Shown here: positions 45,224-54,207 of the stretch, piece after piece
How the letters are laid out: the number at the start of each line of letters is the position of its first letter
How positions within the stretch are numbered: position 1 is the stretch's first letter
Assembly: GCA_964386765.1 (NCBI GenBank)
Contig: CAYLUC010000003.1
Location: 20,595 to 84,594 of the forward strand
DNA: 64,000 nt
From: an uncultured Candidatus Poseidoniales archaeon
Lineage (GTDB): Archaea; Thermoplasmatota; Poseidoniia; Poseidoniales; Thalassarchaeaceae
Direction of reading: 5' to 3'
Notes under the pieces: generated by a model
What the model was told of the DNA's origin: nothing
Database searches by the model: none
What the model saw: the letters and a program-made list of their open reading frames with translations, nothing else
Translations under genes and position numbers: made by a program

Positions 45224-45837
45224 CCAAGCCTCTCATTGATAATTTCACTAATGGACATGAATTCTGAATTTGTCCGCTCGATTAAATTTGATAATCTAGA
45301 GGATATATCTTCTGATTCTTGTTCACTAATTGAATCAAGGTTTATTCTAACATTCATTGATGCGATGACAGCAGCAGTTCTAGCTAGTTCAGCGGATGAA
45401 TATAGATCAGTTAATGCATTGGCGTTACCAAATTTAGCAAGATCGGAGATTGAACATATCAGATTCAGAGCCTCCTCAACAATCGCCATAGGAGACATTG
45501 CAGCACCAATAGTGGCCGATTTAATGGCTTCCTTCCTAGCATCATTCTCAGCGTCGCTTTCCTTTGGCATCCGATAGGCATCCATTACTCGATTGAATGC
45601 AGTTGCATCTTCCCATGCTAAATCCTGCGCTAATTTCATTCCCATTTCAGAGCTGGAAATCACATTTTCTGCAGCATCGTGCCCATCCTTCCATTTTTCC
45701 CTTCCAAATGTGAGTCTGGACATCATTAGAGCCAATGCATGGGCGTGAGCTAGGGATAACGCTGCTACAGAGCCACCGCCCGGTGTCGGTTCAGATGAAG
45801 CGATATTTCTGAGTACGTCTGAATATCCATCGTTCAT
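45217..45837 (-). CDS. Formimidoyltetrahydrofolate cyclodeaminase (FTCD C-terminal domain homologue)
   Basis: 'TPGGGSVAALSLAHAHALALMMSRLTFGRE' is the cyclodeaminase signature. It overlaps the upstream gene by 4 nt (ATGA). Confidence 0.75.
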   Translation of the reverse strand: MNDGYSDVLRNIASSEPTPGGGSVAALSLAHAHALALMMSRLTFGREKWKDGHDAAENVISSSEMGMKLAQDLAWEDATAFNRVMDAYRMPKESDAENDARKEAIKSATIGAAMSPMAIVEEALNLICSISDLAKFGNANALTDLYSSAELARTAAVIASMNVRINLDSISEQESEDISSRLSNLIERTNSEFMSISEIINERLGW

Positions 45838-46874
45838 TCATGCACCCCCTGAATTGCCCACTCAATGATATTCGAATTAGCATCAAATTCACCAATATTA
45901 TCTAGCATCAAACCAGAAATTGCGGCAGTGACTAAATCCATGTCATCAGCATGATCAGGATTATTGTGGTACTTCTTTCCTGCATGCAACATAGCCTCTA
46001 GTGGCACTAGGCCCACTAATTCCGAAGCAACAACATTGCGACCGATTTTATTTGCCTCGACACGAATTCTCTCAGTAACATCGTAGAGCCCGGTCACATT
46101 GTGATTAAGCAGATTCATAGAGACTTGAGCCGTATTTTCATCGTACATCCATCCAGCCGCCTGTAGTGAATTGAATACCCCTGGTTTCCGTAGAGGCTTT
46201 CCATTATCCCCGAGTATCTTGTCTCCCGAGTGATCTCTGATGATTGAACCACTGGTTCTAATTACAGAAGCTATGGAGTTGGCTATTGACTTGTCGTCCG
46301 TATCCAGATTTACGTTGTAGGCGATAAGTATCTGTCTTGCACCGGTTGCAGTTACTCCCATTTTCGGAGAGAACGTGGCAGGGCCATAATCCGGTTCCCA
46401 ATCACCAGAGGATAATTTTCTCTCAAAACCCTCATACTCACCTTTACGGATGTCAGGCAACCTAACTCTCTGCTCGGTCCTAGATGACTCAGCATACAGA
46501 TATACAGGCAAACCGAGCCTAGAAGACACTGCTTCAGCGTACCTCTCAGACAGAGCGACACAATCGGACATAGAAGCACCCCTCAGGGGGATGAATGGAA
46601 CCACATCAACAGCCCCCATTCGAGCATGTTCCCCAGAGTGGGCGCTCATGTCAATTAGATCAATCGCGACAAGTGTGCATTCTATCACGGCGCTTAATAC
46701 TGATTCAGGTTCACCAACCATTGTAACAACGGTACGATTGAAATCATACCCCATATCTATGTCCAATAGATTCACTCCGTCGGTATCCAATATCGGTTTT
46801 GTAATCATTTCAATTATTGAGGGGTCCCTGCCCTCACTGAAATTTGGTACGCACTCGATAAGTACTCGATTCAC
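45834..46874 (-). CDS. Glutamate formimidoyltransferase (FTCD N-terminal domain homologue)
   Basis: The N-terminus 'MNRVLIECVPNFSEGRD' is the formiminotransferase signature. Confidence 0.8.
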   Translation of the reverse strand: MNRVLIECVPNFSEGRDPSIIEMITKPILDTDGVNLLDIDMGYDFNRTVVTMVGEPESVLSAVIECTLVAIDLIDMSAHSGEHARMGAVDVVPFIPLRGASMSDCVALSERYAEAVSSRLGLPVYLYAESSRTEQRVRLPDIRKGEYEGFERKLSSGDWEPDYGPATFSPKMGVTATGARQILIAYNVNLDTDDKSIANSIASVIRTSGSIIRDHSGDKILGDNGKPLRKPGVFNSLQAAGWMYDENTAQVSMNLLNHNVTGLYDVTERIRVEANKIGRNVVASELVGLVPLEAMLHAGKKYHNNPDHADDMDLVTAAISGLMLDNIGEFDANSNIIEWAIQGVHE

Positions 46875-46910
46875 GACTCGCGATAGGGGGGTGGGAAATA
46901 GGCTTACTGA

Positions 46911-48128
46911 TTAATCATATAGCCTGTCATTAGAGGAAATTGTAGAGTCCCTGGCATTTCTCTCGACAACCCTCAGTGCCTTAGAAAAATCTGACTTTGA
47001 GACCTTTTTACGGCCTTCACCGATTGCACAGACGCCAGCTTCAGTGACAAGTGACATAATTTCTGCCCCACTGAAGCCCTCTGTCTTAATGGCCAGATTA
47101 TCTAGTGAAACACCCTTAGTAAGGGGCATCTTAGATGTATGAACATTGAGGATTGCCAGACGAGCCTCCTCATCGGGCATTGGGACTTCGACTACCCTGT
47201 CGAATCTACCAGGTCTGAGTAGAGCCTCATCAAGTAGTTCTGGCCTATTTGTTGCAGCAATGATCTTGACATTTTCAAGCGATTCGAAGCCATCCATTTC
47301 AGCTAGAAGTTGCATAAGAGTCCTCTGTACCTCTCTATCCCCCGATGTAGCAGTGTCTAGTCTCTTTGAACCGATAGCATCAAGTTCATCGATGAAAACT
47401 ATGGCGGGGGCCTTATTTCTAGCTAGGTCGAATAATTCTCTGACTAGTCTGCCCCCTTCACCGATATATTTCTGGGCTAATTCGGATGCAACAATTCCTA
47501 GGAACACAGCATCGGTAGAATTTGCCACAGCCTTTGCGAGCAGTGTTTTTCCAGTCCCTGGGCTACCCGTTAGAAGTATTCCCTTAGGTGGCTCAATACC
47601 GAAATTCCTGAATGCCTCGGGATTCCTGAAAGACAGCTCGACTGTTTCCTTTAATTTGGAAATTTGATCGTCAAGCCCCCCTATGTCCTCAAATGAAACA
47701 TCGGGTTTGTCTATGATTTCGGCAGTTACAACCAAGGGATCCCATGAGTCGTCAAGAACTTCGATTATCGAGAGGGTGTCTTGGTTTAGTGCGACTCTAG
47801 CACCGGATACCAATCTCGAGCCATCAATCCTATTGTTTACAGAAACTAGGAATACTGTGCCATTTGAACTTCTAACAATTGCACCCTCATCTGTAATATC
47901 CTGAATGTAACCAACTACCATTGGAGGGGATCTCAAGTTTCTGATTTCCTCCTCAAGCCTACTCGCCCTCTTCTTTACTTGAGCCACCTCACTTTCAAGA
48001 ACTAGTTTCTCGGTTAGCAATTGTTGAGCGGACTCAGATATTTCTCTCATTTCTGATTGTAACCTTCTAACGGATGACTTGAGTGACTCTTGTGTGTCAT
48101 TTGTATGGGAGTCCGACTCAGATGCCAT
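46911..48128 (-). CDS. pan: Proteasome-activating nucleotidase PAN (AAA+ ATPase)
   Basis: An N-terminal coiled coil is followed by Walker A 'GILLTGSPGTGKTLLAKAVAN', Walker B 'IVFIDELDAIG' and the second region of homology. Confidence 0.9.
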   Translation of the reverse strand: MASESDSHTNDTQESLKSSVRRLQSEMREISESAQQLLTEKLVLESEVAQVKKRASRLEEEIRNLRSPPMVVGYIQDITDEGAIVRSSNGTVFLVSVNNRIDGSRLVSGARVALNQDTLSIIEVLDDSWDPLVVTAEIIDKPDVSFEDIGGLDDQISKLKETVELSFRNPEAFRNFGIEPPKGILLTGSPGTGKTLLAKAVANSTDAVFLGIVASELAQKYIGEGGRLVRELFDLARNKAPAIVFIDELDAIGSKRLDTATSGDREVQRTLMQLLAEMDGFESLENVKIIAATNRPELLDEALLRPGRFDRVVEVPMPDEEARLAILNVHTSKMPLTKGVSLDNLAIKTEGFSGAEIMSLVTEAGVCAIGEGRKKVSKSDFSKALRVVERNARDSTISSNDRLYD

Positions 48129-48201
48129 ATGCATGTGGAAGGGCACGTAGATTTCAACTTGTCACCCCAATCCATATGTGGTATGTGCCCCAGTCTATGC
48201 C

Positions 48202-48693
48202 ATGGGAACATGTGAGATGTGCGGGACAGAGCGCGTCTCCACACAACTTTCAGAGATTTCAGGAGCTAAATTGAGATGCTGTTCTAGATGTATAGAATCC
48301 AACAATTTACTTGTACTTGAAAGGTATATTCCGAAGCCGGCCTCAACGAGCTCAATCGTCCAAGAGCCGAGACATAGGGTAAAATCCAGGACCCCGAAGC
48401 CGGAAAAGGAGGTTGCTCCAGATTTCCATCTTAGAGTAAGGAAATCTAGGGAGTCTAGGGGATGGGAACAAAGAGAATTGGCTAAGAGAATAAATGTCAG
48501 GCTTAACGACATCCAGAAGATAGAAAGTGGAATTGTTCCATCCGATTCACTTGCATTGAAGATTGAGAAGGCCCTCGGCATAATTCTTCTAATAGAGCCT
48601 GAGGAAGACCATGAGCGGTCCGTTAATGTGCCTAGCGGGCGTGGTCTGACCATAGGAGATGCATTGGATGAGTTCCTCAGTAAGGGAAAATGA
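48202..48693 (+). CDS. mbf1: Archaeal MBF1 (N-terminal zinc ribbon plus C-terminal XRE-type HTH)
   Basis: 'CEMCGTE...CCSRC' is the zinc ribbon. 'RESRGWEQRELAKRINVRLNDIQKIESG' is the HTH_3 domain. Confidence 0.7.
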   Translation: MGTCEMCGTERVSTQLSEISGAKLRCCSRCIESNNLLVLERYIPKPASTSSIVQEPRHRVKSRTPKPEKEVAPDFHLRVRKSRESRGWEQRELAKRINVRLNDIQKIESGIVPSDSLALKIEKALGIILLIEPEEDHERSVNVPSGRGLTIGDALDEFLSKGK

Positions 48694-49234
48694 ATACCAC
48701 GTACCACTACATGTGGTTCATCTAGATCAGGACGACCCAAAAAAATGTAGCGCACGAAGGATGGCCAGAGCTGGAAATGCAATACTTCACTTCGATGCGA
48801 GAAGAGCGCCAAAAAGGGGTTTCCTACTAGATCCCAATAGTGGTGTATTGATGGGGCCAGATGACAAGATTACCATCGACAGAGGTGGATCCATAGTAGC
48901 TTTGGATTGCTCATGGAAAAGAGTAGAGGAGTCTTTGGAGGCTATTAGTAGGCACACGAGGCTTCAGGGGAGGACGCTCCCAGTATTACTTGCAGCGAAC
49001 CCAATATCATGGGGGAAGCCAGGCAGGTTGTCGACATCGGAGGCATTTGCTGCTTCACTATACATTCTTGGTAGGAAGGAGCAAGCTAGAAATGTGCTAT
49101 CTTCGTTCCCGTACGCGGACCAATTCTTCAAACTGAACATGGAACCGCTAGAGGCCTATCACGACGCGGAAACAAATGCTGAGCTGTCAGATATGCAGTG
49201 GGAATTTTTCGACAGGCCGATTAGCGAACCGTAG
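48668..49234 (+). CDS. tsr3: 16S rRNA aminocarboxypropyltransferase Tsr3
   Basis: 'DPKKCSARRM', 'LDCSW', and 'AANPISWGKPGRLSTSEAFAASLYILG' match the Tsr3/DUF367 signature. Confidence 0.7.
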   Translation: MSSSVRENEYHVPLHVVHLDQDDPKKCSARRMARAGNAILHFDARRAPKRGFLLDPNSGVLMGPDDKITIDRGGSIVALDCSWKRVEESLEAISRHTRLQGRTLPVLLAANPISWGKPGRLSTSEAFAASLYILGRKEQARNVLSSFPYADQFFKLNMEPLEAYHDAETNAELSDMQWEFFDRPISEP

Positions 49235-51488
49235 AACCCGGCGCAATCTTACCATCGGGTGTTAGTAGCCTGACAACGCCATCTCCGTCATCTGCAGCCA
49301 GAATCATTCCTTCTGAGAGCACTCCTCTGAGCTTCATAGGCTTTAGGTTAGCGACATAGACAACGTTTAACCCAAGCAAGTCCGACTCGTCATAAATTCC
49401 CTTCAGTCCTGCACATACAGTACGGGTTGTACCTGGTCCATCCTCAATCTTGATCACCAGTAATTTGTCCGCATTAGGGTGATCATCAACAGAAGTAATC
49501 TTGCCTGTCTTCATCTGGACCTTAAGAAAATCTTCGAACTCTATGTAATCAACTCCATCTCCCGGGGAGTGGTCACGGTCATTGATATTACTGTCTTCAA
49601 CGAGCGACATCTCATCGGCAATAATTTCATCCAAATCGAGTCTTGAAAATAGTGGTTGAGGGACTTCGGGGGACCAACCAAGGGCGTTTTCATAACTCAA
49701 CGAATCATCCCACAAGACGGAGTCTATATCCGAGCCCTCTCCCAACATCTCCCATAGTCTATCAGACTGAAATGGCATGAATGGCCTTGTGAGAACTGAA
49801 AGTGACCTGCATAGCCTCCATGCCATAGCTAAGGCGGATAAGGACTTGTCACGTTCTTCGGAATCATCGGAATTGATGTATTTCCATGGTGCGGCGTTTT
49901 GGAGCAACACATTACCTATCTGTGCAATGCCCATAATTGTTCTCAGAGCTTCCTTGAACCTCTGCCTCTCCATGGATGATATTGCGGACTCAAGTATCTT
50001 CATTGACTCACTAATAATCTCAGAGTGGTATTCAGGATTATCATAATCAATCAGAGGATTAGACCCTGATTCGGGCAATCTATGGGTGAGGGTCATCACC
50101 CTATGAACGAAGTTACCGTAAGTACTGATTAACTCGTTGTTGACCCGATCAACGAATTCATCCCATCTGAAATCAGTGTCGTGTGTCTCAGGCATGTTAA
50201 TTGACAGATAATATCTCAATGAGTCGGCATCATATTTCTCGAGGAATGATGGTAGCCAGACGGCATGTTTACGACTTTTGCTAAATTGACCTCCTTGGAG
50301 CATCAAATATTCATTCGATGAGACATTTGACTCCAGCGCTAGATCGCCGGGGGCTGGCATTGAGGAAATGGTTTTTCCAGATGCTGTTGAATTCATCCCC
50401 ATAATTATAGCAGGCCAAATGACCGTATGGAATGGGATGTTGTCCTTGCCCATGAAGTAGATGTGTTTCGGGCACGATCCATCATCGGATACCTTCCACC
50501 ATTTTTCCCATGCGGAGTCCCCATCAGGGTGGCCATTTGGTTCGGCAAAACGTTCAGACCAGATTCTGGCGCATGTATAGTATCCCTGTACAGCCTCGAA
50601 CCATACATAGACCCTCTTTGAGGACCACTCATCGCCATCAAGGGGAAGTTCTATTCCCCAGTCAATATCCCTCGTAACTGCTCTTGGTCGCAGGCCCATG
50701 TTAAGCCAATTCTTCGTCATTGAACGTACATTTGGCTTCCAAACACCATTCCTCGTAGAAGCATGTTCTTCGAGAGCTTCCTGGAACAAATCTAGTCTGT
50801 AGAATAGGTGTTCGGTTTCCCTAACTTCAATTTCAGCATCGGGATTTAGTTTTGATATGGGATTTAGAAGCTCGTGTGCCTCGTATGTTGAGCCGCACTC
50901 ATCGCACTGGTCGCCCCTCGCCTCTGAAGCGTCACAGACGGGGCAAGTCCCCTCGACGTATCTGTCCGGTAGGAATCTGACCGAATCGCCCGATATGGAG
51001 CAGTATTGTTCCATGGTCTGCTTTGTGAGCATGTTGCTTTCAAGTAGACTTGAGAAGACATCCCTGACAAGTTCCTTATGCCTATCATCAGAAGTTCTAT
51101 TGTATAGGGCGCCACCATATTCCACCCCTCTGCTATCCACGTTATTGTGCCAAGAGCATCCGAGATCCGTTAGAGACTTCAAAGCCATCTCGTGATATTC
51201 ATCTACAACCTCTTGTGGAGTGACTCCAAGTTGTTCGGCAGTCAGGGTAATTGGCGTACCATGCTCATCGGAGCCACTGCACATCAGAACTCTTCTCCCT
51301 CTGGCTCTCTCATACCTGTATTGAATGTCAGCAGGTAGGCAATTCCCAGCAACATGTCCTAGGTGTAATGGGGCATTGACGTATGGCCAAGCCATGAAAA
51401 TGGTGACATATGCAGACTCGGGCACGAGTCTAGCGGTCAGACACCTATTTATGTCGCAATCGGTCGTAAGTACTCCGGGAGCATCCAT
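49221..51488 (-). CDS. metG: Methionyl-tRNA synthetase with a C-terminal EMAP/Trbp111-like tRNA-binding domain
   Basis: 'WPYVNAPLHLGHVAG' is the HIGH region. The zinc knuckles read 'CPVCD...CDECG'. A 'KFSKS' motif is present. The C-terminus reads 'KIEDGPGTTRTVCAGL'. Confidence 0.9.
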   Translation of the reverse strand: MDAPGVLTTDCDINRCLTARLVPESAYVTIFMAWPYVNAPLHLGHVAGNCLPADIQYRYERARGRRVLMCSGSDEHGTPITLTAEQLGVTPQEVVDEYHEMALKSLTDLGCSWHNNVDSRGVEYGGALYNRTSDDRHKELVRDVFSSLLESNMLTKQTMEQYCSISGDSVRFLPDRYVEGTCPVCDASEARGDQCDECGSTYEAHELLNPISKLNPDAEIEVRETEHLFYRLDLFQEALEEHASTRNGVWKPNVRSMTKNWLNMGLRPRAVTRDIDWGIELPLDGDEWSSKRVYVWFEAVQGYYTCARIWSERFAEPNGHPDGDSAWEKWWKVSDDGSCPKHIYFMGKDNIPFHTVIWPAIIMGMNSTASGKTISSMPAPGDLALESNVSSNEYLMLQGGQFSKSRKHAVWLPSFLEKYDADSLRYYLSINMPETHDTDFRWDEFVDRVNNELISTYGNFVHRVMTLTHRLPESGSNPLIDYDNPEYHSEIISESMKILESAISSMERQRFKEALRTIMGIAQIGNVLLQNAAPWKYINSDDSEERDKSLSALAMAWRLCRSLSVLTRPFMPFQSDRLWEMLGEGSDIDSVLWDDSLSYENALGWSPEVPQPLFSRLDLDEIIADEMSLVEDSNINDRDHSPGDGVDYIEFEDFLKVQMKTGKITSVDDHPNADKLLVIKIEDGPGTTRTVCAGLKGIYDESDLLGLNVVYVANLKPMKLRGVLSEGMILAADDGDGVVRLLTPDGKIAPGSTVR

Positions 51489-51542
51489 TCGTGACGCATA
51501 GTGACGTTCTATTCGCGCCCAAAATACTGTGAGGCAAACTAG

Positions 51543-52601
51543 TTGGTAGTAGACTATACATTGATCATTGCCTATGCTTCATTGGCTCTAGGCGCCTCTT
51601 TCCTATGCAGTATTCTAGAGGCTGTTTTGTTATCAACTACTCATGGACACATTGCAGCACTTAAGGATACACATCCAGCAATAAGTGAAAGATGGAGTGA
51701 GTGGAAAGAAGACCCCGAAAGACCGTTGACAGCAATTCTTACACTCAATACAATTGCACATACTGTAGGTGCTCTGGGCGTTGGAGCTGAGGTGCAGACT
51801 CAGTTTGGAGGTGGTACCATAGTGCATGTCGCCGCAGCCGTCCTCACTCTGGCAATTCTACTGTTGAGTGAGATCCTACCCAAGACAATTGGGGCACTGT
51901 ATTGGAGAAGGCTGACTGTACCCTCAGCTAGGGCGATGAGCGCAATGATGTTCCTCCTCTGGATTATTGTTAAACCCATACAGATAACGAGATCCCTGCT
52001 TCCAGATGTGGAGACTGAGACCGTTACAAGGAACGAGTTATCAGTTCTAGCTGACATAGCTGAGGAGACCGATGTAATCGAAGAAGATGAAGAGACAGTC
52101 ATTCACAACCTCCTCAGACTCCGTGAAATTCGAGTAAGTGACATTATGACTCCACGTGTTGTTGTCACGTCGGTGAATGTAAATGATACCGTCTCAGATG
52201 TTCTAGAAAACATTCCAATAATGATTCATGGCAGAATGCCAGTAACGGGAGATACAATGGACGACGTAAGGGGTGTCGTTCTAAGGAGTGAGATTCTTAG
52301 GAGGGCCGCAGTAGATGAGTATGACAAGAAAATGTCAGAAATTTCTAGGGACGTGATCGCTTGCAAAGATGGGGATTCAGTAGACCAAGCCCTGGACATG
52401 TTATTGGAAAACAAGACACAGATTCTGATTGTCAAAGATGAGTTCGGAGGCATGGAGGGACTCGTAACAATGGAAGATGTCATTGAGACACTATTAGGCG
52501 TGGAGATTGTTGACGAGTCTGATCAGGAAGGAATCAACGACGGAGTTCATCACGAGGATATGCGGGAGCTTGCCAAGCGGAGAATAGAAGAGAGCGAGTA
52601 A
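51543..52601 (+). CDS. CNNM/CorB-type transporter (DUF21 TM domain plus CBS pair)
   Basis: Four N-terminal TM helices are present. The CBS region reads 'IMTPRVVVTSV...' then 'VKDEFGGMEGLVTMEDVIETLLG'. Confidence 0.75.
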   Translation: MVVDYTLIIAYASLALGASFLCSILEAVLLSTTHGHIAALKDTHPAISERWSEWKEDPERPLTAILTLNTIAHTVGALGVGAEVQTQFGGGTIVHVAAAVLTLAILLLSEILPKTIGALYWRRLTVPSARAMSAMMFLLWIIVKPIQITRSLLPDVETETVTRNELSVLADIAEETDVIEEDEETVIHNLLRLREIRVSDIMTPRVVVTSVNVNDTVSDVLENIPIMIHGRMPVTGDTMDDVRGVVLRSEILRRAAVDEYDKKMSEISRDVIACKDGDSVDQALDMLLENKTQILIVKDEFGGMEGLVTMEDVIETLLGVEIVDESDQEGINDGVHHEDMRELAKRRIEESE

Positions 52602-53432
52602 TCACGTCTCGTCTTCTTCGTCATCAACGAATCCCTTTGTCTCTGCGTACTGAGCCATGGACTCTAGTCGCTTCATGAACTTAGAGCCGTCAGTGGTTGT
52701 TTCAGTTGATCTGACAAGCCACACTCCTCCGAATGCGACCTCCCAAAGTCCGAGGTTGTCTTTACGGGTTCTACGGAAAACCCAATCAAGGAATGGGACT
52801 AGAATAATGGCGATAGACAGGCCGACCGTTATTTTTGTAGCCGTTGTCCAGACGGTTCCAGCGGATATTGCAATTAGTAGCCCTCCAAAGAATATGAGGT
52901 ATGCTGGGATATTGATGTTCTTCAACATATGATAGAGGAATATCGCTGAGTCCCCTCTGGAGTTGACAAACTTAGTTCGTGAGATTATATTGCCCATTGA
53001 GCTCTTGTACTGAATTGGCATAACTGCCATATTGAAAATGGATAGGATCAGCACCAAGACCAATGGCCAGGTGATGTCTGTGTATGTTAGTACCAATCCA
53101 AAAACAACTAGTCCAATTATTAGGCCGAAGTTGACTGTGAAGTCAACAATGAACCTTAGTGAACTCCTACCACGACCTGCCAACTCGAATCCATCAGGGA
53201 GTTCCTTCACTGATGAACGTGGCTTCTTCTCCTTCTTCACGCGTGGCTTCTTCTCCTTCTTCACGCGTGCCTTCTTCGCCTTCTTCTTCGGTTTAGCGGA
53301 AACAGGCTCAGGAGCATCCATAACTACAGTAGCGGGAACGGCTGCAGGGGTATCTTTGTCTTCTTTCTCATCATCTGCAATCTTTCCTGCCTTCTCTAAT
53401 AGACCCATTATCTCACTCTCCGTATAGCTCAC
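52602..53432 (-). CDS. Polytopic membrane protein (possibly RDD-family) with an N-terminal Lys-rich tandem-repeat region
   Basis: 'KKKAKKARVKKEKKPRVKKEKKPR' is followed by 4-5 TM helices. It is the last gene of the priS operon. Confidence 0.4.
   Translation of the reverse strand: MSYTESEIMGLLEKAGKIADDEKEDKDTPAAVPATVVMDAPEPVSAKPKKKAKKARVKKEKKPRVKKEKKPRSSVKELPDGFELAGRGRSSLRFIVDFTVNFGLIIGLVVFGLVLTYTDITWPLVLVLILSIFNMAVMPIQYKSSMGNIISRTKFVNSRGDSAIFLYHMLKNINIPAYLIFFGGLLIAISAGTVWTTATKITVGLSIAIILVPFLDWVFRRTRKDNLGLWEVAFGGVWLVRSTETTTDGSKFMKRLESMAQYAETKGFVDDEEDET
53216..53290. repeat. About 3 copies of a 24-bp tandem repeat (acgcgtggcttcttctccttcttc) inside a CDS
   Basis: The repeat is visible directly in the sequence. 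It encodes the (KKEKKPRV)n stretch on the minus strand. Confidence 0.7.
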
Positions 53433-54147
53433 TCATTCTTTGGAAAACCTGGAAACCGCTAGATTCCACAAAATCGTTGATTTGTTCCTCGGGCAAGTCC
53501 CCAAGTACAGAATTTATCATCACAAAGAACTCACCCCTCACAGTATTATCACAGCTAGCGGGATCCTCTCCCACCATCTGGAATAGTTCAAACGAGTCAG
53601 AGTCAATGAATTCCTGAACGAATTCTTCAGGCATATTTCCTAGTAATTCATTGACAATGGAGAAGAACTCAGGAAATTCGTCGTCCGGGGCTTCCTCACC
53701 ATCATCATCTGAATCAGGAGCGGAAATCAACTCTACAATGGGCTTGATTGCCAGCATTTCTTGTTGCTGCTTCTTCCTTAGAACAATTATCTCCCTGTCT
53801 AGCTCGGAACCGAACCTATCGGAAAACCGATCAATTAGTGTTCCAACCTGGCCTGAGGATATCCTGTCAATATGGCCATACATGCTATCCCTGTTACCCG
53901 TTGAATGGTCTGAGTCATCTTGCTTCCTCTTCTCCCAGTGGGCCTGGAAATCGTTAGTCTCTGATGGTTCCGAGTCGGTAGGTGGGAGAGGTGGGGGGGG
54001 CGCCTCACCAATTGCCGTCTCAATAACATCATCGGGGAGTGGCGGGGGTGGTGGAGGTGGTGGCATAGAAATGCCTGGTGGGAGCGGTGGCAGGGGCATA
54101 CCGAATGCTTGTTCCTCGGATTCTTCATCGTCTGGCATATGCCCCAC
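53413..54147 (-). CDS. Hypothetical protein with an N-terminal polyproline tract (PPPPPPPPLP, APPPPLPP) and two acidic FxxF repeats
   Basis: Internal repeats 'PEEFVQEFIDSDSFELFQ' and 'PEEQINDFVESSGFQVFQ' are present. It sits in the operon directly downstream of priS. The antisense ORF is low-complexity Gly/Ser. Confidence 0.5.
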   Translation of the reverse strand: MGHMPDDEESEEQAFGMPLPPLPPGISMPPPPPPPPLPDDVIETAIGEAPPPPLPPTDSEPSETNDFQAHWEKRKQDDSDHSTGNRDSMYGHIDRISSGQVGTLIDRFSDRFGSELDREIIVLRKKQQQEMLAIKPIVELISAPDSDDDGEEAPDDEFPEFFSIVNELLGNMPEEFVQEFIDSDSFELFQMVGEDPASCDNTVRGEFFVMINSVLGDLPEEQINDFVESSGFQVFQRMSELYGE

Positions 54148-54207
54148 CGTACCGAATCCGGAACTCTACACTATTCAATATTCTGTGGATAGGTTAGCGA
54201 GTAACGG

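Noticed and set aside
47146-47667. 173-aa plus-strand ORF
   Set aside because: It is antisense to PAN (AAA ATPase) and is Ser-rich. It is a shadow ORF.
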